Part shown: positions 49,180 to 62,600 of the stretch, in pieces
How the letters are laid out: every line of letters starts with the position of its first letter
Position numbering within the stretch: position 1 is the stretch's first letter
Assembly (NCBI GenBank): GCA_049322675.1
Contig: JBMORM010000009.1
Location: 158,132-222,131, forward strand
Source of the DNA: Patescibacteria group bacterium
GTDB lineage: Bacteria > Patescibacteriota > JAHJAL01
Length of the DNA stretch: 64,000 nt
Direction of reading: 5' to 3'
Program-made: the position numbers and the translations under genes
Notes under the pieces: generated by a model
Databases searched by the model: none
Told to the model about the DNA's origin: nothing
The model's input: only the letters and a program-made list of their open reading frames with translations

Positions 49180-50460
49180 ATGACAAAAATTAAGACGATT
49201 AGAGCTCGGCAGATATTGGATAGTCGCGGTAATCCGACTGTTGAAGCAGACGTGGTTTTGGAGAACGATATTTGGGGAAGAGCGGCAGTGCCAAGTGGAG
49301 CATCAACCGGTGAACACGAGGCGATTGAGTTGCGAGACAAAGATAAAGCTTACGGCGGCAAGGGAGTTTTACAAGCGTGCAACAACGTGATGGATAAAAT
49401 CGCGCCGATTTTGGATGGAGTGGAAATATCTGAACAAGAAACTATTGATAGAAAAATGTTGGAATTGGATGGAACACCCAACAAATCAAATTTGGGAGCA
49501 AATGCAATATTGGCGGTATCGTTGGCTTGCGCACGGGCAGCAGCTGAGGATAGCAAAATGCCGTTGTTTAAATATTTGGCCAGTTGTTACGGTTTTGACT
49601 CTAGTAAATTTATTATGCCGGTGCCAATGATGAATGTAATAAATGGCGGTAAGCATGCTGAAAATTCAACAGATATTCAAGAGTATATGATTGTTCCTTA
49701 TGGAGCGAAAAATGTAAACGAAGCAATAAAAATGGGAGCGGAGGTTTTTGCTGAACTAAAATCATTGATGTCGAAGAATCATTTTCCAACGACGGTGGGA
49801 GATGAAGGCGGTTTCGCGCCAAGTTTAAAATCCAATCAACAAGCTTTGGATATTTTGATATCGGCTATTGAGAAAGCGGGTTACAGTCCGGCCAATCAAA
49901 TTGGCCTGGCACTGGATGTGGCGGCAAGTGAATTTTTTCACGGTGGGATCTATGACATGGTTAGGGAAGGAAAAACACTTTCCACGGCTGAGATGATTGA
50001 TGAGTACAAAGTATGGATTGACGAATATCCGATTGTATCGATAGAAGATGGATTGAATCAAAATGATTGGGAAAATTGGCCAAAGATGCAAGCAGAGATT
50101 GGCAATCGTGTAATGAATGTGGGGGATGATTTTTTGGTAACCAATGTTGACCGTTTGCAAAAAGCAATTGAAACAAAGGCGGCTAATGCGATATTGGTTA
50201 AACTGAACCAAATCGGCAGTTTAACAGAAACTGTGGCTGCGATCAAAATGGCTCAAAAAGCCGGATGGAAAGCGATAGTGTCCCATCGTAGCGGCGAAAC
50301 TTGTGACAGTTTTATCGCTGACTTGGTGGTTGCGACCGGTTGTGGTTTTATCAAAACCGGCTCCATGTCACGCAGCGAAAGAACGGAAAAATATAACCAG
50401 TTGATACGAATTGAAGAGTCTCTTGACAATATGTCCGTTTTCAGTGGTAATTTGAAATAA
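49180..50460 (+). CDS. eno: enolase
   Basis: ARQILDSRGNPTVE, SGETED-like SHRSGETCD, and IKTGSMSRSER. Confidence 0.97.
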   Translation: MTKIKTIRARQILDSRGNPTVEADVVLENDIWGRAAVPSGASTGEHEAIELRDKDKAYGGKGVLQACNNVMDKIAPILDGVEISEQETIDRKMLELDGTPNKSNLGANAILAVSLACARAAAEDSKMPLFKYLASCYGFDSSKFIMPVPMMNVINGGKHAENSTDIQEYMIVPYGAKNVNEAIKMGAEVFAELKSLMSKNHFPTTVGDEGGFAPSLKSNQQALDILISAIEKAGYSPANQIGLALDVAASEFFHGGIYDMVREGKTLSTAEMIDEYKVWIDEYPIVSIEDGLNQNDWENWPKMQAEIGNRVMNVGDDFLVTNVDRLQKAIETKAANAILVKLNQIGSLTETVAAIKMAQKAGWKAIVSHRSGETCDSFIADLVVATGCGFIKTGSMSRSERTEKYNQLIRIEESLDNMSVFSGNLK

Positions 50461-50497
50461 CTTTTTTGAATAAAAAGTAAAAATTTTTTAATAAAAA

Positions 50498-50527
50498 CAA
50501 TCAATCGTTTGTATTGATTGTTTTTTT
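50498..50527 (+). terminator. Rho-independent terminator after eno
   Basis: caatcaat-cgtttgt-attgattg followed by T7. Confidence 0.75.
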
Positions 50528-50592
50528 GTTGTCTTTGAAAACCCTTTGTTGTCGCGATGTTTCCCAATAATAATATTTTTATCATATATATC

Positions 50593-50621
50593 TTGAAATA
50601 TATGGGGGTTTGTGCTACAAT
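50593..50621 (+). promoter_or_regulatory. near-consensus sigma70 promoter with extended -10 (TTGAAA-17 bp-TGcTACAAT)
   Basis: Lies about 57 bp upstream of the giant ORF start. Confidence 0.55.
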
Positions 50622-50677
50622 ATACGGATTTGTAAAAATAAAAAAACGAGAACAAAAGAAAAAAGAAAAATAAAAAC

Positions 50678-53600
50678 TATGCAAAAATTTCTTAAAAAAG
50701 GAATTGCGATCATAACTTTTGTTAGTTTGGTAATACAGACTTGTGGTGGCGCCAATGCTTTGGAGCTTAAAATACTTGATCCGAAAATTGAAGGCAGTTT
50801 TCCAGATTGGGGGAACTTGGGAGAGGTTACCGATCTAAATAAAACTTATAGCGATTTGGTAACCGATAGGATTAGAGCGGTAAAGGAACAAAATGATATT
50901 GGCATAAACGAAGATATCTCGGAGAAAGAAAAAGATGATATTATAGCGAATGTTGGTAAAACCTCGGAGGAAACATTGTCCGTTCCGATTGAAGAGGTTG
51001 ATACAAAATGGAAAAAGCGGATGATGTTGGATGGACTGCAAAATGTAGATGAAAAAATAATTGAAGGTTTAAAAAAGTCACAGATAATTGATACGTTTAT
51101 TGACAGCGAGAACAATCAAGAGACGATTGCCAATCCAACCTTGGAAGACCAGGGAGAGAATCTGACAACCAAAGCAACGGCAGCAGAAATAGTATTGGGC
51201 AAAGACGCAGAACTGGAAAAGAAAATTTCTTTTTCGGGGGTCGTCAATGGAGAAGAAAAATTATATGAGGTCGGCTATCGCCCACTTTCGGCCGATCAAG
51301 TCGAAGCAAATGTGATAGAAAATAAAGCGATCTATGAAAATATTTGGAAAGGTGCGGATGTGGTTTTGACCGCAGAGTCAGACGGTTTTAAAGAAGATAT
51401 TATTTTAAAAGAAAGAAACCAGGTAAAAAATATTGATAGCAGCGGATACCAAGGAGATGGCCACTGGATTTTTTACTATGATTTGAATTTACAAGGTTTG
51501 ACAGCCAAGCTAGACAACAATCAGGTGATTTACCTTGATGAAAATAATCAAGAAATGGCTCGCGTAACCGCACCAATCGTGATAGACAACGTGGGAGAAG
51601 TTTCCAGTCGAGCATATTGGGATTTGATTTCCAAAGAAACCTGGGAAAACGGATATCAAATCGACAAAGAAAAATTTGGACAGGAAGAAATCTTGGAAGA
51701 AGATCTAACTAAAGGGGCGGAGTCGGAAAATAATTTACAAGAAAATGATTTGACCAGCCTTCCTGATTTTGGCGATAGTGATTTGAGTACTGCAGCGGAA
51801 GTTCAGTCAAATAGTGTTTGGCAAGATACCTGGCAGAGTGTCGGAAAATGGTGGAAATCAATTTTCAGTATTTTTGGGGCGGGTAAAGCCCAACAACAAG
51901 GAGAAGAGGAAAATGATTTAAGCGAAACCTCTCAACTTGATCAAACCACGGCAGTTACTCCAGTGGAACAAATCGGTCTGACCAACCAAAATCAAGAAGT
52001 AACAGAAAATTCTTTGACGGAAAAGGACATTTTGGTTTTGGTGGTTGATACCAATAATCTAACTTATCCAATCGATGTTGATCCTACCACTTATATTTTG
52101 ACTCAAAGTGATTTTTATAATACCGCTAACGGTAAATTGAGCAGTAATAATGTGAATGATGTCAAAGTTTACGACACAACCAAAGAGCCAACTAGTAATT
52201 ATAGTTACAATAAGGAAATAAAATCAACGTTGGCTTTTAATAATACCGTAGGAGAATTTGATCTGTCCGCGGTAAATAAAATTGCATACTGGAACCTGGA
52301 TGAGAATAGCGGGTCAATCGCTGAAGATGATGTTACGCCTGCAGCTAACGCATCATTGGTCAATAATCCCGGTTGGACAACGGGGAAAATCGGCCGGGCT
52401 TTGGATTTTGATGGAAACGAAGATTATTTACAAATAAACGATGACAATAAATTGAGCTTTGGTGGAAATAATGCTCTGTCCGTCTGGATCAATCCCGAAA
52501 ATTTGAGTCTGGAGCAAGGAATTTTGGGAAAAGGAACTTCCGGAAATTGGGAATATTATCTGGGAACGACAGTAAATGGAGGTTTGCAATATACTGCCTG
52601 GCAGTTGAATGGTAATGAATATTTTGCCCTGACTGCTCCAAGTAAAACTTTGAAAGCCAATGAATGGTCTCAGATAGTAATTACCAACAATGACGGCAAT
52701 GAGGCTCAGTTGTGGGTAAATGGAAAGTTGATCAAGAAAACAACATCGTATTCCGGAAGCACGGGAAATGGAACGTCTGATTTGAATATTGGAAGAGCGA
52801 ATAATAATGGAGAAATAAATTATTTTACTGGTAAGATAGACAATATTGGTTTGTTTGCTGAAAATTTGAACGAAGGACAAATCAAGGCACTATACAATAA
52901 CGGTTTAAGTAAAATCGTTGGATTGTGGTCGTTGAACGGAGTAGTAAGCGATTATTCCGGACAGAACAATGAATTGAGTAATGGCGGAGCGGTTTTTGAT
53001 GATAACGGACATAATTATCAGGCAATGAATTTTGATGGAGCCGATTGGTTGAATGCCGGAAATAGTAAAAGTTTGTCGTCTGCCTCCGGCTTTTCACTAG
53101 AAACCTGGGTTAAAATACCTGTCAATGGCGTAAATCAAAAATTAATTGAAAAAAATAATGAATATAGTTTAAACATCTGTCCGGACGGACGACCGGTGTT
53201 GATGATAAATACAAATTATGGTTGGAGCAGTACGGCCGGCACCGGAAATAGCTGTATTGATTCAACCGCACCGATTGTCACTGATGATGTCTGGCATAAT
53301 TTGCTTGGTACCTATGATGGAAAAATATTGCGTTTGTATGTTGATGGAAAGCAAACAGCCTATTATTACGCGCCTGGTTCTATCGTCGCAACCACTAATA
53401 ATCTTTTGATAGGACAAAATACGACCGGATCAATTGACGAAGTGGCGGCATACGCCAGACCTTTGTCCTCCGATGAAGCTGAACTGCATTTTGGCTTGGG
53501 ATATCAGTCGAGCGTTTCCACTATTATTAATTTGGACAATGAAATCGGCTACGCAGAATATAGTCAATTGGCTTTAGACAACTTGCAAGTAGAACAAACC

Positions 53601-56600
53601 GGTGTTTTGCAAATAAAAGGAATTGGAAGCAATGGCGAAGCGATAAGTGAAAAAATAAAGTTGAGAAATGGCAACTTGCAGCGCGTTTTGTCAGCCAAGA
53701 GATATAAAGCCATCACGGAATTATCCGCATTGAACGAGGATGGTAACACATCGGAAAAATCTTTGAAAATTTCTTCCGGAAAATTGTTGGCTTTTTCACC
53801 GTTTCATGACGCCAATTGGCGTTACGGTATAACCAAAGTCAATGATTATGTAACCGGTTTGTGGAACTTTGATGAAGGAGAAGGAAATATAGCCGAAGAC
53901 AATAGCGGCAGTAATAATACTGCTTATTTGGCCGGGGGGCAAAGTAATAATAATTGGCTTTATGAAAGAAATATTGATATTTCACCCGCAACTACGATCG
54001 ATGATTATCAATTGAAAGTAGAATTTAATCCAAATAATTTTGACTATATTAAAGCTCAGGATGACGGCGGCGATATCAGATTTTTCAATAACAATGGAGT
54101 GGAATTGTCGTACTGGATTGAAAACTGGAATACTAGTGGAATATCAAATGTTTGGGTGAAAATCCCCAATAGTGGCACTTCATCAATTTCGATGAAATAT
54201 GGGAATCAATCCGCTACCAACAAGAGCAATGGAGAAAATGTATTTGACTTTTTTGATGATTTTTCTGGAAATACTATTAATAATGACAAATGGGTCAACT
54301 ATGATAACGCCGGATATTTATCTCAAGATGGAAAATTGATAACTACGGGCGGGTCCGGCGCCTGGGGTAGTAATGGCTTGATCAGTAAAACAACTTTCCT
54401 TAGAAATAATAATTACGAATTGAATCTGGATTATAAACCAATCAGTGGAAATGATGTAATGTTTGGTTGGCACGATTCGGGAACAGGAACAAGCTATACA
54501 GATTTGGTGTATGCATATTACAGCAATAGTGCCAATGTTTTGATATATGAGGATGGCAATAACCGCGGCACCATGTCTGGTTCCTGGGTGAATAATACCG
54601 AATATAAAATAAAAGTCCCGGTGAAGACAAGCGGAGGAGCAACTTACAAAAGGAGTGTCATTCGAGGAGAAATTTACGAAACAAATTATGACTCAACGTA
54701 TTCTACAGAGAGCCCATTGAAGATAGGTATTGCCAATTATAATAAAGCTTTTGAAATTGATAATTTGTATGTGCGCAGATATGCCGCTACCGAATCGACT
54801 GGTACTTTGGGCGGTTTGATTTTGTCATCGGAAAGTTTGTCCGGCCAACCAAATTGGATGGATAGCAATTGGGCTTATCGCACGATGCTTCGGGTTGATA
54901 GCACGAATAACAATGAAGATTTGACTGATTTCCAAATACCGGTCAATATCGATAGCAAATTATTGATCGAAGCGACTAAAATGCAGGCTGATGGCGACGA
55001 TATTCGTTTTACCGATAGTGACGGGACTACTGGATTGAATTATTGGGTGGAAAGCGGAGTTGACACCAACTCGACTAAGCTGTGGGTAAAATTGCCGACA
55101 CTCCAAGCTAAGTCAAATAAGGCGATATATATTTATTATGGAAATGCTGCTGCAACTGCAAATAGTAGTTTTGACAATGTTTTTACAAAAAATTATAACG
55201 AATCAGGTATTACCGGACTTTGGCACATGGATGATGGTAGCGGGACAACATTGACTGATAGTTCTGGGCAAGGAAATAACGGCACTTTGGTTAACAGCCC
55301 AACTTGGCAAGCGACAGATGGCGGCCAATGGGGAAATCAAAGCGGGGTAACTTTTGGCACCGGTTCACATCTTTTGTTTAACGGGACCAATAATGTTGTT
55401 CAGATCAATGATAATTCGACTTTAAAGCCGAGCAATGCAATAACTTTGAGTGCGTGGTTTAACACAAATAATAAAACATTATTACAAAGAATTGTTTCCA
55501 AAACGGAAAGCGGAAGTTATCAGTTGAGTCTCAATGACACTTCCTGCCCTTCTAGCACATTATGCTTTCTTGTCAACGTAGCCGGCACATACAAATATGC
55601 TTCCATTCCTACGTCATATATTAATAACAATCAGTGGTATTTTGTTAGTGGCACTTATGATGGCAGTTTGGTTAAATTGTATCTAAATGGTTCGTTGGTG
55701 TCAGAAAATGCCGCCACTGGTACTATGACGCACTCTATAACCCCCTTGTGTATTGGCGGCGAATCGCAAGCGGGAAATTGTCTGGGTGGTGGATATTTCA
55801 ATGGATATATTGATGAGGTTCGAATATACGAGAGAGCTTTGTCAGCATTGGATATAAAATCATATTTTGAGAGAAGAAAATCTACATTTATCGCACCAAA
55901 TGTCAGTATAGATAATGTTACGCCAACATCATCTTTGCCAAATTGGGATGAAAACGGAAAATTTGGTAAGGCAATAAGTTTTGATGGGCAGGATGATTTT
56001 GTACAGATTCCTAGTGACGATAGCATAAGTCCAACCAAACAAATGACGGTGGGAGCTTGGATCAAGCCAATGGCGTTGAATGGATGGCTTTATACCAAAG
56101 CGATAAGCATGTATCCGCCGACTGCATACGATGATTATCAAGTCAAAGTTACTTTAAATAGCGGTAACTTTGATTATGGTAAAGCCAAACCCGATGCAAG
56201 TGATTTACGCTTCTCTGATAGTCGAGGCAACCAGTTGAAATATTGGATAGAAAAATGGGATCAACAAGGAACATCCTTGGTTTGGATTAAGGTCGCCAAG
56301 ACGGGAACAAACAAAATATTTATGTATTATGGAAATTCTGATGCCACCGCAGAAACTAGTTTTGATGGTGTTTTCACAAAAAATTTCAACGAAAATAATA
56401 TCGTCGGGTTGTGGCATATGGACGAAGGTAGTGGCGGAACGACAGCTGATATTTCGGGCTTTAACCACACGGCAACATTGAACAACACTCCAACCTGGCA
56501 AGGAACGGATGGCGGTCAATGGGGCGGACGAGCCGATGTAAAATTTGCTTCAGGTTCGCATCTGAATTTTAATGGCAGTAATCAATACTTATCGGTGCCG

Positions 56601-59600
56601 GATAGCGATGATTGGGATTTTGGCACCGGTGATTTTACAATTGATTTTTGGATAAATATCCCAAGTAATGCCACTTCGCAAACAATTATTGGAAATAGAC
56701 ATACCGCCGGGGCAAATAGTGTTTGGAATATTGAGTTTTATTCCACCGCCAATAGAATTGAATGGCATACACAATCAACGGTGGTTGGCAATAGTTCGGC
56801 AACTCTTTTGACAAACAAGTGGAATCACGTAGTTTTTACTCGCTCGTCAGGTAGTAGCAAATTTTATATTAATGGCACCAATACTAACACATTTAGTAAT
56901 ACATACAATTACAATAGTGGACAGACATTATATATTGGCAAAGATGGCAGTAATAGTACCGGACAATTGAATGGTTATCTGGATGAAGTTAGAGTAATCA
57001 AAGGACGAGCACTTTCAGCTCAAGAAATATTAACACAATACGAACGAAGATTATTTTTTAGCAATGAACCAACAACCAGTGTGGCGGTGGAAAACACTCC
57101 CCCACCCTCAACCAATCTTTACTCGCGAACAATCGATATTGATCCGGCGACTACAAAAGAAAATTATGTTGCTAAATTGGAATTAACACCAAGCAATTAT
57201 GATTATGCCAAATCACGGCCGGATGGTGGAGATTTGCGATTTGTCGATGACCAGAGAAATAATTTGAATTATTATATTCAAAATTGGAATAGTGGCGGCA
57301 CTTCAACTATCTTTATCAAAATACCAAATACGGGAACAAGCGCGATCAAGATGTATTATGGCGACAAATCATTGATCAACCTCAGTAACTGTGCCAATAC
57401 CATGACTTTGTGCGACGATTTTGGCGATGGCCAGTTTGACAATGACAAATGGTCTAAAGTCAGATTGGATGACCCAGACTGGAACGAAGGAGTCACAGAA
57501 ACTGGTTGGTTTATGTTGAAAGCATTAAACGGTAAAAACTTGGGGGACGGTAATAATACCGCACCAATGATCCTTTCCAATGATTTGGGAAATATTGATT
57601 ATGAATTGACTGCTCGTCTGAAATTTAATCCTGCTCCGTTTGAAAACGAACAACAGGCCGGGTTAATTATTTACGAGGATGAAAATAATTACTTGCTGGC
57701 AGATATTGGCAATATTGACGGTGGAAAAGCAAAATTGGCGGTAGAAGATGATGCTTCAATGGTCGCGTTTGGTGATAATTGGACAATACCAGCGGTTAGT
57801 GATTTGAAAATTGTGAAAACCGGAAATAATTATAAGTTTTATTACAAAGACGCAAATTCCAGTTCATGGATTGAACATAGTAGCGAAATTGCGGCGGAGA
57901 TGAATAAACAACAAATCGGTTTTACTGCCTTGGCAACTGCGGGATCGACGATCAGTTCATATTTTGACCATATCGAAATTAAAGAAATTTCGACCGAATC
58001 CAATTTGTCTTTGGAAACGGAACAATCATGGACGTACAAAAGAAGTGTTGGTTTTAATCCGTCCGTACCGGACGATGACTGGCAGGTGCGAGTAGATTTA
58101 ACTTCGTCAAATTTTGATTATGGTCATGCCAAATCCGACGGTAGCGATCTACGTTTCTTTACTCTCGATGGAGAAAAGTTGGATTATTGGATAGAGAAAT
58201 TTAATGACAGCGGAAATTCTGTGGTTTGGGTAAAAGTGCCGGAAGCGGGCACTAATGAAATATTAATGTATTACGGAAACAATAACGCAGTGACTGAAAG
58301 TAACGGGGAAAGAATTTTTGAATTTTTTGACGATTTCAACAATGGAGTTATCGATAGTAGTAAATGGGCAAACACAACAGGATTTACTGAATCGGGTGGA
58401 TATTTATCGGGCGGAAATACAACGAATAGAATTAATACTGTCGCCCGTTTTTCCGGTGACAAAATATTGGAAACAAAACATTTTGTTTCTACTGAAGCCA
58501 CAAATGGTCACATGGCCGCCGGTTGGTTTAATTCAACAACCGACAGTTTTGGCTTAAGGTTGAATCCGTCTAATACCTGGTACATACGATCTGATGGAAA
58601 TTGGAGCGGTTCAAATAGTTTCACCTTTATGAATCAATGGATAAAGGCGATCGTCAGTGCCACTGGTAGTACTTCCAAGATAAGATTATATCGTGAATCA
58701 GATGGTGTATATAGTAACGAAATATCATATTCAAATAGCGGACTATCAAATGAGCCGATAACTTTGGGAAAACAATATGATAACGCGAATGCAGGACAAA
58801 CTTACGTAGCAAATTGGGATTGGATTTTTGTGCGAAAAAAATATACGAGCAACGCCGAACCAACATCAACTTTGAGCGAAGAAGAACGATGGTTGTTTAG
58901 AAAAAATATTACTTTGACACCAGCCACGCCTCTGGCGGATTACCAAGTAAAAATTGAATTGAATAGCGGTAATTTTGATTATGGCAGTACGCGCGAGGAC
59001 GGCGGAGACATTCGATTTTTTGACAGCAATGGCTCAGCCTTGAGTTATTGGGTGGAAAGATGGGATAAAAACGGGACATCAGTAATATGGGTAAAAGTTC
59101 CCACGATCGGCACCAGTACAATTCAAATTGTGTACGGCAATCAAACCGCAGAGAGTCAGAGCAATGGTGAAAATACATTTGATTTCTTTGATGATTTTGA
59201 CGATCATTCTTTGGATGCGGACAAATGGAGTTGGACCAGAGAATCGGCCGGGGATTGGAATGAGGGTTATGACCGGCCGGATCAATTGTCAATGACTGCT
59301 TTGAATGGAAAAAATCTGTGGGGGACTGATGACAGCGCTCCGATATTACTGGAAAATAATACCAACTTCCCGATCGCTGCGGATTTTGAATTGATGGTAT
59401 CGACCGAGACGGATTTGACACAAAATTATGAACAAGCTGGTTTGATAGTATATGAAAGTGATTTGACCCACGTTCAAGCAATGCGGGGGTACAATGATGG
59501 GGCAAAAGTAACCTTCAAATACGAAGCGGATAACAGCGTAGTAGCGGCCGTGGACGAGAATCAGACGAGCAATTATACCGATTTGAAATTGAGAAAGTCA

Positions 59601-62600
59601 GGCAATGACTATACGATGTATTACAAAAATATTGAAAATGCTGGTTGGACACAACATGGCACAAATATTTCGGCCGTTATAAATAATCTCAAATTCGGTT
59701 TGACTTCATATGCGGATAGCGGCGCCAATGCCAATTCTTTTTACGACAACGTCCGTTTGCGAAAGTATTCAACCAATGATCCTGTCGCTACGGTGGGAAC
59801 ACAACAAGAAGCAAGCGCGGTAGTAACAAATAACATGATCAACAAAGGCACGCAATTTTCACTTGGTGCCACCGATGAGAAAGTATATGCGACAATGGGC
59901 AGTCAAACTATTGAAGGCGTGATTGATACCGATTGGAACCATGTGGCTTTGACTTATGACGGCGAAACACAAAAGTTGTTTGTAAATGGACAATTGAAAC
60001 AATCTTTGGAATACGATTTGCCGACTTGGCCTTTGGATGATTCGGATTTAATAATCGGTGATCAATATTATGGCGCAATTGATGATTTATTGATATCAAA
60101 AAGAGCGATGTCGGAAACCGAGATAAAAGACTGGTACGAAAGCGGCGTTGCTTACGAAAAAAAGCAGCCCACCGAGAATCAATTATTGGGAGAAAGCGAA
60201 ATAGATACAATTACTTCAGGATTAATTGGCCGGTGGAATATGAATGAGACGATGGGTATTGGCGTAAATGATAGTTCTGGTCACAATCATCATGGTTCAG
60301 CCATCAATGCCAAGATAGTAGAAGGTAGAGAAGGTAAAGCCAGAAATTTTGTGGCAGACAATGATTACGTCTCTATACCTGACAGCACTGAATTCAATTT
60401 GTCGGGCGACTACAGCATGTCGGCCTGGATCAATCCGGATAATATTGCCATGGACGATCGCGGAATCATGGGTACATACAACGGAAGTAGCAATGGCTTT
60501 ATTTTTTCTTTGGGATCATCAACTTCCGGTAATCCTACTTTGAATTTCTGGTCCAACGGGACCTGGAATAATGGTCCGGCAATAACCATGGATGGCACCT
60601 GGAAACATGTAGTGTTCACCAAACAAAATAATGTTGGTACTTTTTATCTGGATAGTGAGGCAAAGGCGGTGGTGACCGCATATCAGATCAATGACGGCGG
60701 TTCTATGCAGATTGGGGCTGGTGGAACAAGCTGGGCTTCCAACCGATTTGACGGACGGATCGATGATACCAGAATTTACAACCGGGCTTTGACCCCAACT
60801 GAAGTATATAAATTGGCTCATGAGTTTGATCCGCGTTGGACCAGCGAACAAATAGCCAGCCAAGCTAGTATGATCCAAGTAAGCGGTAATCAGGAAAATC
60901 CTCAGCATGAAGTGGCTATAAAAATAATTACTCCCGGTCCGGCGGGGATCGCAACTTACAAGACTTCGATTGACGGCGGAATGACTTGGTCGGAAGCTAC
61001 TTATACTACGTCAATTGGAACTTCGACCGTCAGAAGAGATTATACAAATACCGGCGTTGATATTGATTGGAATTTTGGAACGGACTTTGGCTCCGGCGAT
61101 GTGTTTGATATTGCTTCCTGGTACACCGAACCAAGATCAGCCTCAAGAGGCATATCTCGAACTTTTCCGGAAGTAGCCAATATAGTGGCTACAGACAAGT
61201 CGATAGAAATATTAGACAAAGCCGACAATAGTTTGTGGATGAGATTTACAAATTCTGCTGATAGTGGCTATTTGGGTGGTTCGACGACAAATATTGGAGC
61301 AGTAGATATGACGTATGGACATTTGGTAGCCGGAAGTAATACCGCCAGCAACTCGATCGGCCTGCTCGATATTGATTTTTCCAATGAAAAAGCCAGATAT
61401 TATCGAAATAATTCTTTGCCGGAAATACTGACCGGGAATATCATGAATCGAAATTTTGGCAATGAATTGATGGACGACAATAATTTGATTTTAAATAATA
61501 CCATCGTCAATGACGTGGCGGCAAAGATGATAAACAATGATATCTTGATAGCGGCGGCAACTGAGGGCGGTTTGAATGTAATTAATAAAAATATCGGTCA
61601 AATAATCTACGGCGCCAATGGCGCAAATAGCCTCAAAAAAGTAGCTTTGAGCAACAATGCCAATGCGGTTATCAATCAAACTGGCGACGCAAATATCGCT
61701 TTGTCCTTGGACAATATTTCCAATTACCACAATGATTTTGACTTGGAGAATCGAAACGAAGCGTATTTGGGAACCACCGCTTCCGGCTGGCAGAGTGATT
61801 ATCAACTGACAAACGATGCCGATACCGGTACGGTGAATGATTTGGCGATCAATGACAACAATTGGTTGGCTGACGAGGCCTCACCACAAATATTGATCGG
61901 AACCAATACCGGAGCGAGTTTGATCGATACTATGTCGAATAATGATGGCGATGATACGGAAAACAAAAGACATGATGGTTTCATCAAACATCTTAATAAT
62001 CAGTACATAACTGAGGGAATGAATGGAAATGGCTTGATCAAGGGTATGTGGTTGGAAGGAGATCAGACCGAAACAGTAGTGAGCGATCGCAGCGGACAGG
62101 CAAATGATTTGACGGTACACGGATTTTTGGGCAATGGCACTTTGACCAACAATGATTGGACAAATGGCGTACGGGGCAAGTCATTGAATTTTGACGGAAA
62201 CAATGATTACTTGGCCATCAACGATAATATTGATTTTGATTTTACCAATAATGATACTGTGAGCTTCGGCGCCTGGGTGAGACCAAAAGCGGCGGCCGAG
62301 AAATATATATTTGCGCAATCCGATGGGAGTGCTACTGACACCAGTTTTGGCTTGAAAACCAAAAATTCGGGAACGGGAATAAATTTCCAAGGCAATATCG
62401 GCTTTGGCAGCGATTTGTCCGAGGTTGATTCCAAGGAATATCCGCTTGATGTCTGGCATTATGTGGTTGGGGTGATGGACGGAAAAAACCAAACTTTGAG
62501 TATATATATCGACGGTCAGTTGGAAGAAGACGTTACTACGCCGGCCGGAATAAATAATCCAAGTAATCCTGTTACAATCGGCTGGGCGGAGGGAGCAAGC